Assembly (NCBI GenBank): GCA_965279375.1
Contig: OZ257156.1
Span: 960,001-1,024,000, forward strand
From: Gemmatimonas sp.
GTDB taxonomy: Bacteria > Gemmatimonadota > Gemmatimonadetes > Gemmatimonadales > Gemmatimonadaceae
Reading direction: 5' to 3'
DNA: 64,000 nt
A model generated the notes under the pieces. The model did not search any database and had not been told where the DNA came from. It worked only from the letters and a program-made list of their open reading frames with translations. The position numbers were made by a program, and so were the translations under genes. This document shows, piece after piece, positions 59,165-64,000 of this stretch; positions within the stretch are counted from its first letter, which is position 1, and the number at the start of each line of letters is the position of its first letter.

Positions 59165-60916
59165 ATGACTCCCTCCGCGCAGCATCGCCTCTCTCCCACG
59201 CGATCGACTCGACCTACCCGGCAGCGCTCAACAGTTCGGTCCACACTTGTGGCCGTTGCGCTCATCGCTGCGTCTGCGACTCTCGCGCTCGCGCAAGACG
59301 CACCACTCGTTCGCCGGCTGGACTCGCTGTTTGCGTCCGTCCAGTCCGACACGACGCCTGGTTGCGCCGTTGGCGTGTCGCGTGGGAGCGGTGCAACGCT
59401 CTTTCGCAGCTACGGCCTGGCGAATCTCGAGCAGCCCGTTCCGATCGACAGCGCGACGGTCTTCGAAGCGGGCTCCGTCTCCAAGCAGATCACCGCCGCA
59501 GCTGTCCTCCTGCTCGCGCACGAACGTCGTCTCTCGCTCGATGATCCAGCGCGCAAGTGGCTCCCCGAGCTTTCGGCGTCACTTCCAGCGTTCACGATCG
59601 GCGATCTGCTGCATCATGTCGCCGGCCTGCGTGACTACGGCGATCTGATGGAGCTCACCGGTTGGCCGCGCGGATCTCGTCTCTACGACAACAACGACGT
59701 GCTGCGCCTGATGGCGCAGCAACGCGCGCTGAATTTTGCACCGCGCGCTGAGTATCTGTACTCCAATTCCGGATATGCGTTGGCCGCCGTGGTGGTGGCT
59801 CGCGCGTCGGGGATAACGTTCGGTGAATACACGCGTCGTGCCATCTTCGCGCCTCTGGGAATGGTGCACACGTCATGGCGCGATGACTTCACGCGCATCG
59901 TGCCGCATCGCGCACAGGGGTACACGCCAAACGACAGCGGCCGCTGGATGCTCGACATGCCGCTCGAGAACACCGTCGGACATGCGGGGTTGCTGACGAC
60001 AGCCGCCGATCTGATGCGCTGGCAGCGACGCTTCACGGCGGGCGCCGACACGACGGTGGGCGGCGAACGCTTTGTGCGCGAGATGCAGTCGCCGATCACG
60101 CTGACGACTGGCCGAGTGTCTGGCTACGCGCTGGGACTCGAACTCGATATGATGGCGGGCGAACGCATCATCTCTCATGGCGGCTGGACCGCGGGCTACA
60201 AGGCGTACGTGGGACGGATGCCATCACGCGACGTGGCGGTCTCGTTGCTGTGCAACGCCGGCTCACTCAATACCGAGGAAGTTGGCGCCGTGCTGCTGGC
60301 CATCGCTGCTGAGGTGCCCGTCCCTGACTACTACGCCGAACCGCAGCTTGGTGCGGCCGCTGATACGCTCGACCGCAAATCGCTCGCGCGTCTTGCGGGC
60401 ATGTATCGCAGTACGCGCACTCGGCAGACGGTGCGCGTGCGGAGCTACGCGAACGGCATCACGGTCAACAGCTGGACCGGGTATCGCCGAACATCGGACA
60501 GCACCTTCGTCAGTCTGGACGGTGCGCGTGCCATCGAGTTCCTGCCCGATGTGCGTGGAGGAGCGACGAGCTATCGCATTCGTCAGGCCAGCGACGCCGT
60601 GCTGTACACGCGCGTCGATGCGTGGACACCGACCGCGACTGCTCTGCGCGCACTCGCAGGACGCTATCGTTGCGCGGAGGCTGACGCGACAATCGAGCTC
60701 ATCGGCGATGGCAGTGGTCTCGCGCTGCAACGCCGGGAACGCTTGCGATCACCGTTGGTGGCGCGATATCGCGATGCGTTCGATGTCCAAGGACTTGGCT
60801 GGCTGCTCACGGTACGACGCGATGCGCGTGGTCGCGCGATCGGCGTCGACCTGGGCGGCACGCGGTCTCGTACGGTTCCGTGCGAGCGTGTGGAAATGCG
60901 CGGTCGCGCGTTGTAA
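59165..60916 (+). CDS. serine hydrolase (beta-lactamase-like) with C-terminal beta domains
   Basis: GSVSKQ, YSNSGY, HGGWTAGY; signal peptide. Confidence 0.9.
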   Translation: MTPSAQHRLSPTRSTRPTRQRSTVRSTLVAVALIAASATLALAQDAPLVRRLDSLFASVQSDTTPGCAVGVSRGSGATLFRSYGLANLEQPVPIDSATVFEAGSVSKQITAAAVLLLAHERRLSLDDPARKWLPELSASLPAFTIGDLLHHVAGLRDYGDLMELTGWPRGSRLYDNNDVLRLMAQQRALNFAPRAEYLYSNSGYALAAVVVARASGITFGEYTRRAIFAPLGMVHTSWRDDFTRIVPHRAQGYTPNDSGRWMLDMPLENTVGHAGLLTTAADLMRWQRRFTAGADTTVGGERFVREMQSPITLTTGRVSGYALGLELDMMAGERIISHGGWTAGYKAYVGRMPSRDVAVSLLCNAGSLNTEEVGAVLLAIAAEVPVPDYYAEPQLGAAADTLDRKSLARLAGMYRSTRTRQTVRVRSYANGITVNSWTGYRRTSDSTFVSLDGARAIEFLPDVRGGATSYRIRQASDAVLYTRVDAWTPTATALRALAGRYRCAEADATIELIGDGSGLALQRRERLRSPLVARYRDAFDVQGLGWLLTVRRDARGRAIGVDLGGTRSRTVPCERVEMRGRAL

Positions 60917-60964
60917 CGCGAAAATCATTTCGCGAGATAGACGCGGCGACGCTCGCGTCCGCGG

Positions 60965-62182
60965 CTACTCGGCTTTCGCCGCGCCGCACGATTGTCGCAC
61001 GATCAGCTCGCAGCGCAGGCGCGTCTGACGCGGTGGCAGATCTGGCTGCGCGATGCGCGAGAGCATGACGGAAAGCGCCACTTCACCGAGCTGAATCGTC
61101 GGCTGACGGAACGTGGTCAGCGGCACGGGAAGCAACGACGCGTACTCCACGTCGTCGATGCCGACGATGCGAATCTCTTCGGGCACTTTCACACCGAGCT
61201 TGAGCAGCGTGTGCATGAGGCGCCCCGCCGTACGGTCATTCGCGCAGACGATCGCATCCGGCGCACGCTCCCGCAGCATCGTACGCACGGCCACTGCGTC
61301 GGCGGGATCGAGATGTGCGCTCTCCACCTGTTCGAAGGGGATGTGTCGCGCGTACATCGCTTCGCGATAGCCCGCTTCACGCGCATCCACCGTCGGCGCG
61401 CTGTTGGGTTGTCGCACGAAGACCACGCGCGATGCGCCCAGCGTGAGGAGATGGTGTGTCATCACGAAGCCGGCGCCGCGATTGTCGATGCCGACGCGGT
61501 CGTGGTGCCCCGGATCCGGATACGGCTCGATCGGTCGGTCGAGCAGCACGACCGGAATCTGCGCGTCATCGAGCGCCTGTACGATGCGCTGATTGACGTC
61601 GTCGGGCTCGGGCGAAAGCTCAACCGGCGCGAAGAAGACGCCGTCCACGCGTCGCTCGATGTACTGCCGACAGAGGTGCCACGCGCGTTCGCTGCGTCGC
61701 GCCAGTTCCGCGGCGGGATCGACGGGTGCGTTACGCGCAGCCAGGCGCGATGACGCACTGCCGGCGACACGTGTGCTATCGCCAGAGGTGGCACTGCCCC
61801 ACAGCAACGCGTGTTCACGCGCCAACGGGGACGTCATCATGCCACGACAGATCGTCTCGAAAATGTCCGTCTCGCCCAGGTCGGCGATGAGCAGCCCGAA
61901 CGACAACCCAGTCGTTTCCTTCGCGCGACTGACGAAGCTGCCCGATCCCGCACGGCGGCTGATGACACCGGCCGACTGCAGATCGCGCAGCGCGCGACCG
62001 ACCGTGATGCGGGAATGCCCGAACCGTTCGACCAGTTGTGCTTCGCTCGGCAGTCGATCGCCCTGCTTCCACCGCCCGTCCTGAATTTCACGGAGCAGTG
62101 CGGCAAAGACTTCGTGATGCTTGCTGGCAGGAGGACGCGAGGGAAACACGGAGTCAGCCGTTCGGGTGGAAGGAGTGCTCAC
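60965..62182 (-). CDS. GntR-HTH / LacI-type sugar-binding hybrid regulator (AraR-like architecture)
   Basis: LPSEAQLVERFGHSRITV...GSGSFV followed by IPVVLLDR, CAND, IVGIDD, LTT and LIVRQS. Confidence 0.9.
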   Translation of the reverse strand: MSTPSTRTADSVFPSRPPASKHHEVFAALLREIQDGRWKQGDRLPSEAQLVERFGHSRITVGRALRDLQSAGVISRRAGSGSFVSRAKETTGLSFGLLIADLGETDIFETICRGMMTSPLAREHALLWGSATSGDSTRVAGSASSRLAARNAPVDPAAELARRSERAWHLCRQYIERRVDGVFFAPVELSPEPDDVNQRIVQALDDAQIPVVLLDRPIEPYPDPGHHDRVGIDNRGAGFVMTHHLLTLGASRVVFVRQPNSAPTVDAREAGYREAMYARHIPFEQVESAHLDPADAVAVRTMLRERAPDAIVCANDRTAGRLMHTLLKLGVKVPEEIRIVGIDDVEYASLLPVPLTTFRQPTIQLGEVALSVMLSRIAQPDLPPRQTRLRCELIVRQSCGAAKAE

Positions 62183-62252
62183 AAACTAGCGCCTCCTCCC
62201 CCCGAACTTCGATGTGCGACTCGCGGTGCGAACGAATGTGCGCGCGCTCCGC

Positions 62253-62684
62253 TCAGCGGCGCGCGACGACGCGATCCGTACGCGGACGCATCCCGCGAAG
62301 CACGCCTTCGGTGCGGCCAAGCGTCCAGCGGCCATTGATCATCGGATTGGAGCCACCGTCGTTCTGGTCTTCGAAGACGAGCGTGAGCACGCCGTCGCCC
62401 GTTTCGCCCTGCAGTACGAGATCGGACTCGATGACGGTGACCGTCAGCGGAATGGAGCTGCGATTGTCGTTCAGTTCGGCGCGGGCGATGATCGTGCCGG
62501 CGGAGTCGGTCACCGTGACGAGACGCGGGAAGGCGGGCGTCGGCGGTGTCTTGCGGAAATCGTAGGTAGCGACGACGCGGACGGGCTTCTCCGAAGTCGT
62601 CGAGGCCTGCTGCGCGGCCAGCGGGGCGGCTGAGAGCACGAGGGCGGCGGCGGCGAGGCTGGAGACGAGCGAGACGTTGCGCAT
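62253..62684 (-). CDS. hypothetical secreted protein
   Basis: AGGAG RBS, Sec signal peptide (..APLAAQQ), beta-rich mature part. Confidence 0.75.
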   Translation of the reverse strand: MRNVSLVSSLAAAALVLSAAPLAAQQASTTSEKPVRVVATYDFRKTPPTPAFPRLVTVTDSAGTIIARAELNDNRSSIPLTVTVIESDLVLQGETGDGVLTLVFEDQNDGGSNPMINGRWTLGRTEGVLRGMRPRTDRVVARR

Positions 62685-62715
62685 GATGAGGCTCCTATCG
62701 AAAGAGGTACAGCTA

Positions 62716-62851
62716 GTTGTTATAGCAGCATGACAGCAGCTTCGCTATCACTTGCTATAGTTAGACGACCTCTCGGCCCTGAAGCAACTCGCTTTGCGGC
62801 ATATTCCGTCGATATTTGCCCGTTTTTCGAAGGTTCTTGTTATAGCAAGTG
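62716..62851. promoter_or_regulatory. three related pseudo-palindromic operator sites
   Basis: GTTGTTATAGCAGC (62716), CTTGCTATAGTTAG (62751), CTTGTTATAGCAAG (62836). Confidence 0.6.
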
Positions 62852-63009
62852 GTTTCGGCGCCCGCCGACGCGCGCACTACTCCGCGATTTCCGGCCTGCG
62901 CCATCGTGGGCCGAGGGCGCCCGAATGCGTATGTTCGGGCATGTCGAGTCTCCCACCCACGCCCCCGTCACGAACGGCCTCGCGCCCGATGCGCACAGCC
63001 CAACTGCCA

Positions 63010-64000
63010 ATGCCGATGCGTCGTCGCCCACACTTCCGCCTGCCGTCGTGCATGCTCGTGCTCGCAGTCGCCTCGTGCCTCGCGAGCAGCACGCTCGGCG
63101 CGCAAGCCGCGCCATCCGCCGCGCGCCAGCGCTGGGATCGGCAGTGCCAGATCCGCCGCGACAAATTCGATCGCATCCTCCCATCGGCGCTGCGCGACAA
63201 CGGCATCGACATGTGGATCGTGATGCAGAAGGAGAACACCTTCGATCCGATGTACGAGGATCTGGGGCGCGGCTACGTGGGCAGCGTGGGCTACTACATC
63301 TTCACCGACCGCGGCGGGGATCGTATCGAGCGCGCGGCCATCGGCGTCTCCGGCTACCTGCTGGAAGCGTGCAAGGTCTACGACATCGTGCGTGGCTTCT
63401 CTCCGCTTCGCGCGTTCATCGCCGAACGCAATCCCAAGCGCATCGGCATCAACATGTCCGAGGAAGTGGGCGCGGCGGATGGCTTGAGCAAGACGTCGTA
63501 CGATCGGCTGGTGAAGGAGATCGGTCCCGAGTTCGCGAGTCGCCTCGTCTCCTCCGAAAAGCTCGTCTCCGACTATCGGAGCGGCTTCCCTGCCTCGCAG
63601 ATCGTCGCGCTCGGCGAAGCGGGCGAACTCTCGCGCAGCATCGCGGAACGTGCGCTGTCCAATGAAGTCATCACGCCGGGCGTCACCGCACTGGAAGACG
63701 TGGCGTGGTGGATGATGGACCAGCTGCAGATGCGCGCACTCGGCTCATCGTTCGACATGCCGTCGGTGTACATCACGGGACCGCGCGGCATCGAGGCCAC
63801 CAGCAACGAGCGCATCATTCAACGCGGCGACTTGCTGATCATCGATTGGGGCGTTGGCTATCTCAACACGTGGACCGACGTCAAGCGCATGGCCTACGTG
63901 CTCAAGCCCGGTGAGACGGCCGCTCCCAAGGGCATTCAGGCGGCGTTCGACAACGCACTCAAGGTGCGCGAGATCATCCATCGCACGATCAAGCCGGGTG
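63010..64000 (+). CDS. M24 family (Xaa-Pro aminopeptidase-like) secreted peptidase, runs off the window end
   Basis: Open frame with signal peptide, IDMWIV..E...DP, ITPGVT, IIQRGDLLIIDWG...TDVKRMAY. Confidence 0.85.
   Translation, partial: MPMRRRPHFRLPSCMLVLAVASCLASSTLGAQAAPSAARQRWDRQCQIRRDKFDRILPSALRDNGIDMWIVMQKENTFDPMYEDLGRGYVGSVGYYIFTDRGGDRIERAAIGVSGYLLEACKVYDIVRGFSPLRAFIAERNPKRIGINMSEEVGAADGLSKTSYDRLVKEIGPEFASRLVSSEKLVSDYRSGFPASQIVALGEAGELSRSIAERALSNEVITPGVTALEDVAWWMMDQLQMRALGSSFDMPSVYITGPRGIEATSNERIIQRGDLLIIDWGVGYLNTWTDVKRMAYVLKPGETAAPKGIQAAFDNALKVREIIHRTIKPG

Noticed and set aside
62730..63665. 311-aa plus-strand ORF in the track
   Set aside because: Wrong frame; the M24 peptidase reads in another frame from about 63010 and is missing from the track because it has no stop inside the window

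Overview
A GC-rich, gene-dense bacterial chromosomal segment. The many secreted serine hydrolases, Gly-linker lipoproteins, a VPS10/BNR protein and carboxypeptidase-regulatory/TonB-plug-like proteins suggest a Gemmatimonadota-like organism (inference only). It opens with the distal part of a cbb3 oxidase operon (ccoO-Q-P-G-H-DsbD_2-I-S). Next come ada-alkB with an Ada box, a DUF305/LVIVD pair, and a divergent ECF-sigma module with mirror-image promoters. Further along are an amidase, TetR/cupin genes, psd, argG, a sugar-catabolism cluster (GH3, TIM-barrel isomerase, Gfo/Idh/MocA), an ABC permease-M1 peptidase fusion, a multicopper oxidase, a GntR-LacI hybrid regulator and a truncated M24 peptidase. 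The most striking feature is a tandem pair of about 235-240 aa paralogs (30486-31912). By eye they align with FtsZ along their whole length but lack the GGGTGTG GTP-binding loop while keeping a T7-like loop. They sit in a tight operon with a CxxC zinc-binding protein and a PqiA-like protein. No tRNA, rRNA, CRISPR array or transposase was seen. All family calls come from motif recognition by eye, not database searches.
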